Assembly (NCBI GenBank): GCA_018061075.1 | Contig: JAGOUW010000001.1 | Location: 167,105 to 231,104 of the forward strand | Source of the DNA: Candidatus Levyibacteriota bacterium | GTDB taxonomy: Bacteria; Patescibacteriota; Microgenomatia; Levybacterales; UBA12049 | Direction: 5' to 3' | DNA: 64,000 bases | Shown here: piece after piece, positions 11,411-20,451 of the stretch | How positions within the stretch are numbered: position 1 is the first letter of the stretch | Layout of the letters: the number at the start of each line of letters is the position of its first letter | Program-made: the position numbers and the translations under genes | Notes under the pieces: model-generated | Database searches by the model: none | Told to the model about the DNA's origin: nothing | What the model saw: the letters and a program-made list of their open reading frames with translations, nothing else

Positions 11411-11620
11411 GTGAAGCGCTGTCCGAGCTGCAATCCAACTAAATTTTTATTTTCAACGTTAATGTTATGGGAAGTCTGCATTTCGTGTGGCTTGATCAAT
11501 AAAAATCCGCCATATGATTTGCCTGAGATGAATTTTTATGGGCCGCCTATTGAATTGGGAATTAATCAAGGAGCATCTTTAGCTTCTGGTGCAAGCTTAA
11601 GCGTATTAACCTCAGTTTAA
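11411..11620 (+). CDS. Possible small zinc-ribbon protein
   Basis: 69 aa with a GTG start 2 nt after the groEL stop. CPSC...CISCG forms two CxxC pairs. No family recognised, so this could be spurious. Confidence 0.3.
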   Translation: MKRCPSCNPTKFLFSTLMLWEVCISCGLINKNPPYDLPEMNFYGPPIELGINQGASLASGASLSVLTSV

Positions 11621-12256
11621 TTAAACAATTTTCTTACCGGAGAGGAATAGTTTGCCTTTACCAACATTTGTATTTACTGGGATTTTATTTTTACAAAGAA
11701 TGCAGTCTTTTGGTTCCATCGCATTAAATTCTAAGTTTATTAACGCATTTATTTTTTTAACTCCTACGTCTTTAGCTTTTACATTTCCTCTGTTTGCGAT
11801 TACTCCAAGTCCTACAACTTTTCCTCCAGCTTTTTTTGTCATCTGAATTACTTTTTTCACACTTCCTCCAGTTGTTAAAATATCCTCTACAACTAAAACT
11901 TTTTTCCCTTTTACAAATGCGTCGTATCCTCTTGTGAAGGTGAATCCGCCTTCTCCATCTTTTTCTGCATAAACTCCCGGAATATCTTTTTTAAGAATTT
12001 TTGAAAGTTCATCTGCAGCGTCATGAGAAAGAATTACTCCTCCCATTGCAGGTCCTACAACTACTTCTATTCCGGATTTTTTAAAATCTTCTGCCCACAT
12101 TTTTGCGAGTTCCCTAACTAATTTTGTATGAGGATAAATAGCGTCTTTATTAATATATTTATCTCCGTGTTTTGCAGAGACATAGACGAAATGTCCATCT
12201 GTTAAAACGGCATTTGCTTTAGCTAGAATCTTTTTAACTTTTTCTTCTCTTTTCAT
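11621..12256 (-). CDS. pyrE: Orotate phosphoribosyltransferase-like PRTase
   Basis: PRPP-binding loop KVLVVEDILTTGGSVKKV. Overlaps pyrF by 4 nt. Confidence 0.75.
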   Translation of the reverse strand: MKREEKVKKILAKANAVLTDGHFVYVSAKHGDKYINKDAIYPHTKLVRELAKMWAEDFKKSGIEVVVGPAMGGVILSHDAADELSKILKKDIPGVYAEKDGEGGFTFTRGYDAFVKGKKVLVVEDILTTGGSVKKVIQMTKKAGGKVVGLGVIANRGNVKAKDVGVKKINALINLEFNAMEPKDCILCKNKIPVNTNVGKGKLFLSGKKIV

Positions 12257-13104
12257 AAATATTTAATAATTTCGTTATTTAACTCAATTGTCTTTTTTCT
12301 TGCTACCGTAGCGAAATCGGTGCCTGAGCTCGCAAATATAATAGCACGGGAAGAGTGAATAATCATCCCTTGGTTTTTAGAATTTTTTCCAGCTTTCACA
12401 GTTTTTTCTACGTCTCCTCCTTGTGCTCCAATCCCCGGAATAAGAATTGGTATATCGCCAATTACCTTTCTAATACTTGCTAGTTCCTTTGGATATGTCG
12501 CGCCAACTACGATTGCGCAATTGCCGTTTGTGTTCCAGGTCTTGGAAACATTTTTTGCAACAGCCATGTAAAGAGGTTCGCCACTTTTATTCTTAATATC
12601 TTGAAATTCTCCTGCACCCGAGTTTGAAGTTCTTACTAAAATTATTATTCCGCGGTCTTTATAGTCCAGGAAGCTTTTTAATGCTTCTTTTCCGAAATAT
12701 GGATTTACAGTGATAGCATCAAAACCTAATTTATCAAAAAATGCTTTTGCATATGAATCATTTGTGCTTCCAATATCTGCTCTTTTCGCGTCAATAATAG
12801 TTGGTACTTCTGGATGTTTTTTGTGAAGATAATTAATAGTTTTTTCTAGTGCTTTCCAGCCAAAAAGACCTTGTTCTTCATAATGTGCGATCTGAGGTTT
12901 GTATGCTACGACCAAATCATGAGTTGAATCAATAATCGCCTTATTAAATTGAAAGAATTGTTCATCAATTGTTTTAAATTTCCTTGTAATGCTTTGAGGG
13001 AGCTTTTCTTTTACGGGGTCTAGGCCTACACAAACAAACTTGTTTTCATTCCATTTATTTTCAAGTTTTTTGACGAATAAAGAGGTAGATATTTTTTTCG
13101 CCAT
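12253..13104 (-). CDS. pyrF: Orotidine 5'-phosphate decarboxylase (type 2-like)
   Basis: FVCVGLDP...IIDAKRADIGST...GIGAQGG motifs. Start trimmed to MAKKIST (13104) rather than the track start at 13143. Confidence 0.8.
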   Translation of the reverse strand: MAKKISTSLFVKKLENKWNENKFVCVGLDPVKEKLPQSITRKFKTIDEQFFQFNKAIIDSTHDLVVAYKPQIAHYEEQGLFGWKALEKTINYLHKKHPEVPTIIDAKRADIGSTNDSYAKAFFDKLGFDAITVNPYFGKEALKSFLDYKDRGIIILVRTSNSGAGEFQDIKNKSGEPLYMAVAKNVSKTWNTNGNCAIVVGATYPKELASIRKVIGDIPILIPGIGAQGGDVEKTVKAGKNSKNQGMIIHSSRAIIFASSGTDFATVARKKTIELNNEIIKYL

Positions 13105-13202
13105 ATAGTGGGCAATAAAAACATTATAGTTTGCAAAAAGCATAAGTCAATAATTAATTTTACTTTTCTATCAAGCATTGCTGTGTTATATTTAATTTCT
13201 AT

Positions 13203-14027
13203 ATGCGAAAGTTAATTCTTTTTACGACCCCTCTTCTTATCCTCACAATTCTTTTTCTTCTAATAGTTTTAGTTATAAATAGGGATGCTGGGAAGGGCGC
13301 GCTTCAGGTAACATCAGTTCCTGAAAGCCAAGTGTTTTTGGATGGAAATTATGTCGGTAAAACTCCGCTTTGTCTTTGTGAATTAAAGGATCTTTTAAGA
13401 GTTGGAGAATATACTATTAAATTGGTCCCGGTCGATAAGGGTTTAAAGAATTTTGAACAAAAAATAACACTTTATAAAGGAGTTCTAACAGTGGTTGACC
13501 GGACTTATGACAAGGATGTGTCTGCATCTAGTGGCACTATAATTACTCTTTCTCCAATAGATGATGAGAATATAGCAGAGCTTATGGTGACGTCATTTCC
13601 TAGCAATGCCCGGGTAATTTTAGACAGTAATCCAGTAGGGGAAACTCCATATCTAATAAATTTAACGGCATCAGATCATGAGATAAAACTTCTTAAAGAT
13701 GGATACAAGGAAAAAGTTATAAAAGTAAAAGGAGTTTTGGGGAAAAGACTAGAGGTAACAATGAGCCTTGGAATAAAGCTGGATGCAAAAGAAGTAGAGC
13801 AGCGAGCGAGCGCATCAGCTGTTACAACTCCTCAGGTCACAATTTTAGAGACACCAACTGGAGAGTTAAATGTTAGATCAGAAAATTCCGTTGGGTCAGA
13901 GTTGATAGGTACACTTTTACCGGGGGATAAAGTTGATTTAATCAGTGAGAAAGCTGGTTGGTATGAGGTAAGGCTCAAGGATGGGAAAACGGGCTGGGTG
14001 AGCGCCACATATGCTTCTAAAAATTAA
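13203..14027 (+). CDS. Membrane-anchored PEGA-domain / SH3b-domain protein
   Basis: N-terminal TM. Two PEGA-like repeats (VTSVPESQVFLDGNYVGKTPL; VTSFPSNARVILDSNPVGETPY). C-terminal SH3b-like LNVRSENS...GWYEVRLKDGKTGWV. Confidence 0.65.
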   Translation: MRKLILFTTPLLILTILFLLIVLVINRDAGKGALQVTSVPESQVFLDGNYVGKTPLCLCELKDLLRVGEYTIKLVPVDKGLKNFEQKITLYKGVLTVVDRTYDKDVSASSGTIITLSPIDDENIAELMVTSFPSNARVILDSNPVGETPYLINLTASDHEIKLLKDGYKEKVIKVKGVLGKRLEVTMSLGIKLDAKEVEQRASASAVTTPQVTILETPTGELNVRSENSVGSELIGTLLPGDKVDLISEKAGWYEVRLKDGKTGWVSATYASKN

Positions 14028-14971
14028 GTACCGATAAAGTAGATTATGAAGATTACCATTAGAGCCCAAATACTAACTGTAATTAAAAGTGGTTTATCTG
14101 AGAATAAAACTTTTTCAGGACTTTCTCCCTCATGTTTTTCATAAATATCCTGAAGGTATCTCATAAGTCCATAAACAACGGGGATAATTGTAAGCATTAG
14201 CCATTTTCTTTGGAAGAAATTAGGTAAAATATCTTCTATAAATAATCCGAAAAATGGAAGATGTATGTCTTTAGGATCCTCTAAGAATGTAAATAAAGAA
14301 TATGCGATAAAAGTACTGGTCGCAAAAATAGATGCGTATACATCAAGAAGCCTTTCTGAATAGTGAGATAAAGTTTTTCTAGTCGAAGATAAATTGTCGA
14401 TTTTACTTGCAGCCAAAAGAGTGAGCTCTGATCTTCTTTTTCCAATAGCCAGGAATAGTGAGATGGAAATAGTTGTTAAGAGAAGCCATACGGAAATATG
14501 GAATCCACTTGCAAATTCTCCACCCAAAACTCTAAGGATGTATCCAGCAGCAATTGCCAAAATATCAATAACGGTAATTGTTTTTAGAATACTTGAATAA
14601 AGAATTTGGAGAAGAAGATATACTATTATAAATAAGAAGAAAGACGGATTAACAAAAACTGACATTGCTAGCGAAGAAACTATTAGGAAAACTGCAAGAA
14701 CTGCTGCGAATTTTATATCAACATCTCCGTGTGCGAGTGGTCTGAATCTTTTAAAGGGATGCATCTTGTCATTTTTAATATCAAAGATGTCGTTTATTAT
14801 GTAAGTGGCGGAGGATACTGCGCAGAAAATGAAGAACCCAACGATTACGGGGAATACTGCAGTTGGGTTAAATAGCTCTCCGGTAAAAGTAACGGCCGCA
14901 AAAATAGCAAAGTTTTTAACCCATTGACGAGGCCTAAGTAATCTTAATATGTTATATGCTTTGCGTCCCAT
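14024..14971 (-). CDS. UbiA-family prenyl-phosphate phosphoribosyltransferase-like (DPPR-synthase-like)
   Basis: RPRQWVKNFAIF start, NDIFDIKNDKMHPFKRFRPLAHG Asp-rich motif, about 8 TM helices. Confidence 0.7.
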   Translation of the reverse strand: MGRKAYNILRLLRPRQWVKNFAIFAAVTFTGELFNPTAVFPVIVGFFIFCAVSSATYIINDIFDIKNDKMHPFKRFRPLAHGDVDIKFAAVLAVFLIVSSLAMSVFVNPSFFLFIIVYLLLQILYSSILKTITVIDILAIAAGYILRVLGGEFASGFHISVWLLLTTISISLFLAIGKRRSELTLLAASKIDNLSSTRKTLSHYSERLLDVYASIFATSTFIAYSLFTFLEDPKDIHLPFFGLFIEDILPNFFQRKWLMLTIIPVVYGLMRYLQDIYEKHEGESPEKVLFSDKPLLITVSIWALMVIFIIYFIGT

Positions 14972-16040
14972 TTTTCTTTCTAATTAAATAATTTAAAAAT
15001 AACAAAGTTCCCCCTACGATAATTACAAGCATTATTATGGCAAAAATTTTGCCACGGCTTGAAAGAACTAGGGAAAGTGAACCAAATATAGCAGAAATTA
15101 GCCAGTAAAACAACGCAATTCTTCTTTGCCCTAAGCCCGAAGAAAGAAGAAGATGATGGAGGTGTTTTTTATCATGCCAGAACGGAGAATGGCCTGTTAG
15201 GATTCTTCTTCCAATTGTAAATGCGCCATCAGCAAGAGGCACTCCCATAACTAAAATTGCTGTCGCGAGTTTTGCGCTTGAAAGAATTGAAACGACAGCT
15301 AGAAGAAGATATATGGCAGTTGCTCCATATCCCGGGAAAATTTTTGCGGGGTGAAAATTATAAATTAAAAATCCTATTGCAGCTCCAGAAATAATAAAAG
15401 AAAGTGAAGTTGTGGTTTGCGTAAGATCATCTCCGGTGCCAAATCTAAGACTAAGGATTCCGATAAATATTGCGGAGATTGCTACAATTCCTGGCATTTG
15501 TCCGTCAACACCTTTACTCCAGTTAAGCATGTTCATAACCCAAACTATCCAGAGAACTGCAACAACATGAGAAAGAGTAATGACCATTCCAATTCCTAAA
15601 AATTCAATTGGAAGTTTAATTTCATTTAAGTAAAGAATTCCTCCAAGTGGATTTGTTATAAAATTCACGCTTACTCCGGCAGCGACAACGATCACTGCGC
15701 AAAGAATATTAACTATAAATCTTACATATGGTGAAATATCAAACTTATCGTCCAGCGCACCAACTACCAAAGAGATAAATGCTGCGATATAAATTGCAAC
15801 TGTAATTTGATTGATCGGCAAAAAAATAATTCCCGCAAGAAGCGCACCAAGAAAAAGCGGAATCCCTCCGCCTCTTGGAATTGGTTTAGTGTGAATAACA
15901 GCAGGATGTTTTCGTACTTTTGGGTCATCGACTATTTTTAATTTTTTTAAAATTTTTATTGAAATTGGAGTGATAGCAGCGGTTACTAAGAATGCAACTA
16001 AAAATGGCAGGAAGATTAAATTATTTAAAATATTTTCCAT
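14952..16040 (-). CDS. MraY/WecA-family polyprenyl-phosphate sugar-1-phosphate transferase
   Basis: Polytopic membrane protein. GALDDKFDISP and MNMLNWSKGVDGQ resemble the NxxNxxDGxDG motif. HHLHHLL near the C-terminus. Confidence 0.75.
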   Translation of the reverse strand: MENILNNLIFLPFLVAFLVTAAITPISIKILKKLKIVDDPKVRKHPAVIHTKPIPRGGGIPLFLGALLAGIIFLPINQITVAIYIAAFISLVVGALDDKFDISPYVRFIVNILCAVIVVAAGVSVNFITNPLGGILYLNEIKLPIEFLGIGMVITLSHVVAVLWIVWVMNMLNWSKGVDGQMPGIVAISAIFIGILSLRFGTGDDLTQTTTSLSFIISGAAIGFLIYNFHPAKIFPGYGATAIYLLLAVVSILSSAKLATAILVMGVPLADGAFTIGRRILTGHSPFWHDKKHLHHLLLSSGLGQRRIALFYWLISAIFGSLSLVLSSRGKIFAIIMLVIIVGGTLLFLNYLIRKKNGTQSI

Positions 16041-16394
16041 TTATATAATTAGTGAAATTGTGCGAACGATAAAAAGAAAAGTTAAAAGAGCAGTTAAAAA
16101 ACTTGTTATTGCGATTAATCTAGATATTAGTGGTGAGGTTGTGTAGCTAACTGCAGAGAGAATTATGTTTACAAAAAATATTAAAGACGTAATAATAGAC
16201 GGAATAAAAATTCCAAAAGTGGAGCTTAATCTTTCCTCTCCCCAAGGCATCTGATTAAACACAGGAATTAGTGGGGGAAGCTTGCTTAAGTTAAATAAAA
16301 TATAAGAAGCCGTGATGGAGATTATAATAAATGTAGCGATATATAATCTAAAAATTAATCTGTCTTTTTTTAAAGAATTAAAATACTTTTTCAT
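16041..16394 (-). CDS. Small polytopic membrane protein
   Basis: 117 aa with 3-4 predicted TM helices, inside the glycosylation cluster. Confidence 0.4.
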   Translation of the reverse strand: MKKYFNSLKKDRLIFRLYIATFIIISITASYILFNLSKLPPLIPVFNQMPWGEERLSSTFGIFIPSIITSLIFFVNIILSAVSYTTSPLISRLIAITSFLTALLTFLFIVRTISLII

Positions 16395-17835
16395 AAATTT
16401 TTACACCCCTTATGTCAATTTTTTCTTCATAGTTAATAAGTTTCATTGGAAACTGCGGAACGTTCGGCATTACAACAATAAGCTTTGGTTCTTTTGTTCT
16501 AATGGCGTTTTCCATTTCAGATAATCCAGTTGGATAGTTAGTAATGTGATATGCGACAGTATAGCGCATGATTGGAGTTTTTTCTGCAAGTTTATAAACC
16601 TGAGCATTATTTCCCCAAATAAATACCGACTCACCCTTAGTGGTATGTGCCTTGATGTATCTAGCGAGGTCATAATCCCTTGGAGTGTTTCCATCGAAAA
16701 ATGCTTGATAAGAAGACACATCTTTTTTATCGCTGCAAAACGCAATTAGATTTGTGTAATGTTGTATGATTTTACCCTTTAAATTAAAAGTATTAATTAT
16801 TGCTAAGTATCCAATCACTAAAAATATTACTAATAAGATTCTTGTTTTCTTCTCTTCTATAATAGTACCCACCATTAAGCAGAAGCTTGGGAGAAGCATT
16901 ATTAGGTAGTGCGTATATGGACGCTGTGCAAAGAATGCGCTGAATAAAGAGAACGCAAACCAAACAGTCGCAAACAAAACATTTCTTGGAATTTTTTTTC
17001 TTTTCCAAAAAACAAATCCTAAAAATGCCGCAAGTAGTCCAGCCTTAATATATAAAAGTCCTTGGGGGATTATAAATTCATTGCCGTATCCAACATATCC
17101 AACATTGCTAAAAAGAAAACCGTTAATAGCATCCTTGAAATTATTTGTCAGGAAAAAATAACCCAATATCGATACTACCGGAAGAACAAAGCCCGCTATG
17201 AAAGGCAAGGCTCTGTTGCCAAATTTATCTTTTAGATCTTTCTCATGATCAATTAATATAAAAAACAATAGAGCCATGAAATCAAAGACTGCTACGATTT
17301 TCGTTAAGAAGGCAAGGCTCATGAGGAACCCCGATAATAAATGAAATCTAAAATGCCAAGCTTTTTTAATATAATCTCCGGATACTATTATGTATGCAGA
17401 AACTAAAATTGGGAAAAGCATGAAATTTTCAGCATTGGCAATATTTCCTTCAATGAGTCTTGTGCCAAAAGCAAATGCATATAAAGATGTTGAAGTGATC
17501 GCCGCGTATTTAGATTTTGGAAGTAATCTTTTTACAACAAAATAAAAAGCCCAGACCGAGAAAAGTCCGAAAAATAATGAGAGGATTCTCAGAGCGTATT
17601 GATCAGAATTAAAAAGAGCATATAAGATATACAGAAGTGGAGGTTTGTTGTCCCAGGCGCCTGAGTATAGTTTTGCGCCGTCATTAATCAGCATTCCTAC
17701 GGCCTGATAAATTCCTTCATCTCCATACCAATAAGGTTCAAAAAGACTTGGCCACCTTAGAAAAAAGAAGACTACGGAGATAATTAATAAAAACCAAAAG
17801 GATCTGCTTTTTTCAAGACGCGAAAAAAGTTTCAT
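16378..17835 (-). CDS. GT-C fold glycosyltransferase (ArnT/PMT-like)
   Basis: 485 aa polytopic membrane protein. An early-loop YWYGDEGIY (DE motif) is typical of polyprenyl-P-sugar-dependent GT-C enzymes. Confidence 0.6.
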   Translation of the reverse strand: MKLFSRLEKSRSFWFLLIISVVFFFLRWPSLFEPYWYGDEGIYQAVGMLINDGAKLYSGAWDNKPPLLYILYALFNSDQYALRILSLFFGLFSVWAFYFVVKRLLPKSKYAAITSTSLYAFAFGTRLIEGNIANAENFMLFPILVSAYIIVSGDYIKKAWHFRFHLLSGFLMSLAFLTKIVAVFDFMALLFFILIDHEKDLKDKFGNRALPFIAGFVLPVVSILGYFFLTNNFKDAINGFLFSNVGYVGYGNEFIIPQGLLYIKAGLLAAFLGFVFWKRKKIPRNVLFATVWFAFSLFSAFFAQRPYTHYLIMLLPSFCLMVGTIIEEKKTRILLVIFLVIGYLAIINTFNLKGKIIQHYTNLIAFCSDKKDVSSYQAFFDGNTPRDYDLARYIKAHTTKGESVFIWGNNAQVYKLAEKTPIMRYTVAYHITNYPTGLSEMENAIRTKEPKLIVVMPNVPQFPMKLINYEEKIDIRGVKIYEKVF

Positions 17836-19325
17836 AATTTTTCAGTAACTTTATATTCCATTTTTCGTCCAAGCATTAGTTGCGTGTGAGAAATAATTGC
17901 AGGTAAAGAGTTGAGGAAAAATCCTGCAATTGGCATGAGGATAAACTCTAGAGGGAAAAGAAGTTCTCGGGTTCTAGATTTGCTTAAATGTTTTGGTCTA
18001 TTTCTGTAATCGATTACTACCATGATAACTAATGCGATTAGAGATGTTGTAAGAATAATTCTTGCCATCACAGGAAGACTGTATCCAAGAGAGGTCCTTG
18101 AGAATTCCGGATTAACTAGCGTAATAACACTTGTAGCAATTGTTAAGATAAACCAATTTGCCGGCCAAAGAAAATGATCTAAAAGAACGTGAAAAAGAAT
18201 TTTAGTCTTCCTAACAAATGGAACTCCCGGAACCGTAAGCCACCATTTTATGAATAGAGGATCATCCGATGCGCCATAACTCCAACGTCTAATTTGAGAA
18301 TATTTATTCTGAAGACTTCCAATATAGGTTGGAGAAAGAGGAGAGTCCATGGAGGTTTTTAGGAAAATTGGGTTTGCGGAAATGTCGCCCTTCATCATAA
18401 AAAAAGCTTTAAAGAAAACTCTATAATCTTCTGGAATTACATCAGTGTCCCAGTATCCAATTCTTTTTAATAAAAGAAAGGAGAGTGAATATGTGGATGT
18501 GGCAATTAGTCTGTCTCCTTGGACTAAGAGGCCAGTTCTGTGAAGACTTGAGAAGAATGAAAATACTCGACTTGCTGCAGGAACACTCCAGAAATTATTA
18601 TGATCTACGTTTGCTGATTGCCAAAACCTGTTGTATCTTTTTTCTTCTCTTAAGAAGTCATAACCTAAATAAGCAAAATATTGTCTATCAAACATTGAGT
18701 CTGCGTCAGCAGTTGTAACTGTCGTGTAATTTACGTCAATAATATTTGTGTCAATTAAAATTTTATTTATTTCTTTTCCTGCGAATGATTCATTTGAAGA
18801 TTTTCCCTTTACTTCTCCTGGAATATCAGGATGATATGCTGCATAAATTCCGCCAAATACATTTTCAAAATCTTTTATAATTTTTGAAGCTTTTTTATGC
18901 GCTGTGTCTTCTCTTTTTTCCATCGCTAAGACTACATAAATTCTTTTCGATGGAAAAGTTTGAGCTGCAATAGTTCCTACGATTCTTCTTAGTTTTTCTT
19001 CTGTCTCTTTATAGTTTGGAATAATAATTACGTGATTTATTTTGTCAAAATCCGCAAGTTTTTCTCCTTTTTCAAGCCAGTTTTGTGACTCTGCTTCTTT
19101 AATTTTTTTAGAGCCAAGATATGCTGTGAACATTAAGGAGAAAGATCTATAGAACCAGTAAACATCAAAAAATAGAATAAAATAAGCTACTAGATATGGG
19201 ACAAAAATGGAGCCCCAAACAGGAAAGAGGATCAGGGTCCAAGATGTGATTCCAGGAAGAGCTAATAGGGATCTATGTGTTTTGATAGGATAACGAGTGA
19301 AGATTCTGTTAAAAAATTCTGTCAT
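17832..19325 (-). CDS. Membrane-integrated family-2 glycosyltransferase (processive synthase-like)
   Basis: VIIPNYKE..., TTADADSMF (DxD), and QIRRWSYGA resembling QxxRW. TM helices at both ends. Confidence 0.6.
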   Translation of the reverse strand: MTEFFNRIFTRYPIKTHRSLLALPGITSWTLILFPVWGSIFVPYLVAYFILFFDVYWFYRSFSLMFTAYLGSKKIKEAESQNWLEKGEKLADFDKINHVIIIPNYKETEEKLRRIVGTIAAQTFPSKRIYVVLAMEKREDTAHKKASKIIKDFENVFGGIYAAYHPDIPGEVKGKSSNESFAGKEINKILIDTNIIDVNYTTVTTADADSMFDRQYFAYLGYDFLREEKRYNRFWQSANVDHNNFWSVPAASRVFSFFSSLHRTGLLVQGDRLIATSTYSLSFLLLKRIGYWDTDVIPEDYRVFFKAFFMMKGDISANPIFLKTSMDSPLSPTYIGSLQNKYSQIRRWSYGASDDPLFIKWWLTVPGVPFVRKTKILFHVLLDHFLWPANWFILTIATSVITLVNPEFSRTSLGYSLPVMARIILTTSLIALVIMVVIDYRNRPKHLSKSRTRELLFPLEFILMPIAGFFLNSLPAIISHTQLMLGRKMEYKVTEKL

Positions 19326-19337
19326 AAATGGTTTGGG

Positions 19338-20144
19338 TTAGGATACTAAATTGAATAGTCTCTTTGCGTTTTCTGAGGTTTTAGCCTCAACTTCTTTGGA
19401 ATCAATACCTTTAATTTTACCTATTTGTGCTGCGACAATTATAACATAGGAAGGAATGTTGCGACTATGTCTATGAGGAACGGGCGTTAAGTAAGGTGAG
19501 TCTGTTTCGGTAACAATTCTATCTATTGGAGTATTTTTAATTAAATCTGAGAGCCTAGTGTCTTCGCCTTTGGCGATTCCGTCATATGTAATGTTCCCGT
19601 CAAATCCCACCAGAAAACCTAATTTAAGAACTTTTTCTAGAAAATCAACCGACCCTGACATGCAGTGAAACATACCTGGTTTGGTTTGATCTATTAATGA
19701 AGAGTGGGTATTTAAGATTTCTAAAATATCATTTCCGGCTTGTCTGTTGTGAATTTGCAGAGGCAATTTAAGTTTGTGTGCGAGTTCCAGTTGTTTTATG
19801 AAGACTTCTTTTTGAAGATTTGGTTCAACTATTCCATTTGAGGCATAAGAATAGTAGTCTAGTCCTATTTCCCCGATTGCTAGAACTTTTTTTGATGATT
19901 TAGCTATTTTTTCAAGTTCTTTATCCCAACCAGTTTGCACTTTATCCGCATGATGAGGGTGGATTCCGATAATTGCATACAAATTTTCGTATTTTTCAGC
20001 AAGTTCTACAGCTTTTTGACTTGATTCAAGACTTGTCCCAGTATTAATTATTATTTCTACGCCATCTTTTTGAGCCTGTTTTATTACAATATCGAAATCT
20101 TTGGCGAATGATTTGAAGTTAAGATGACAATGTACGTCTACCAT
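19338..20144 (-). CDS. tatD: TatD-family metal-dependent hydrolase
   Basis: MVDVHCHLNF...GEIGLDY...ETDSPYL. Start trimmed to the ATG at 20144; the track start at 20210 would run through a TTGACA promoter-like site. Confidence 0.85.
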   Translation of the reverse strand: MVDVHCHLNFKSFAKDFDIVIKQAQKDGVEIIINTGTSLESSQKAVELAEKYENLYAIIGIHPHHADKVQTGWDKELEKIAKSSKKVLAIGEIGLDYYSYASNGIVEPNLQKEVFIKQLELAHKLKLPLQIHNRQAGNDILEILNTHSSLIDQTKPGMFHCMSGSVDFLEKVLKLGFLVGFDGNITYDGIAKGEDTRLSDLIKNTPIDRIVTETDSPYLTPVPHRHSRNIPSYVIIVAAQIGKIKGIDSKEVEAKTSENAKRLFNLVS

Positions 20145-20203
20145 AATACTAATTATATAATTTCCGCTTGACAAAGTCCTGAGAAAGTTGCTTAATATAA
20201 TTA

Positions 20204-20368
20204 ATGGCAAAAAGAAAACAATACAAACACTTCAAGCTTTACACAGACCAGAACATCATGGGTGTTGTAATGTTTACCATGCTCGCAGGTATGGTTGGAG
20301 TATTAATCGGAGCATTTTTACTTTATTCTTCAGTAGGTCAAGCAGTTCTAGGCGTCTCAACTCCTTAA
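20204..20368 (+). CDS. Possible 54-aa small membrane protein (below the ORF-track cutoff)
   Basis: My translation: MAKRKQYKHFKLYTDQNIMGVVMFTMLAGMVGVLIGAFLLYSSVGQAVLGVSTP*. Basic N-terminus plus one TM helix. TTGACA lies at 20168..20173 upstream. Confidence 0.35.
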   Translation: MAKRKQYKHFKLYTDQNIMGVVMFTMLAGMVGVLIGAFLLYSSVGQAVLGVSTP

Positions 20369-20451
20369 GCCAAGTTTTTCTTCACAATTTTATTCTCATT
20401 AATAGCATTTATTGTTTTAACTCAAATCATAATTATTAGGTTATAATATTT

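Noticed and set aside
16312-17008. Several 67-91-aa ORFs on both strands within the GT-C glycosyltransferase gene region
   Set aside because: They overlap a long, coherent polytopic membrane-protein ORF. They are short, lack motifs, and have a composition typical of out-of-frame AT-rich sequence.
20188-20439. 83-aa ORF in the tatD/DUF2079 intergenic region
   Set aside because: Its sequence is odd and low-information (…HHGCCNVYHARRYGWSINRS…) and has no start context. An alternative frame gives a more plausible small TM peptide, reported with low confidence.
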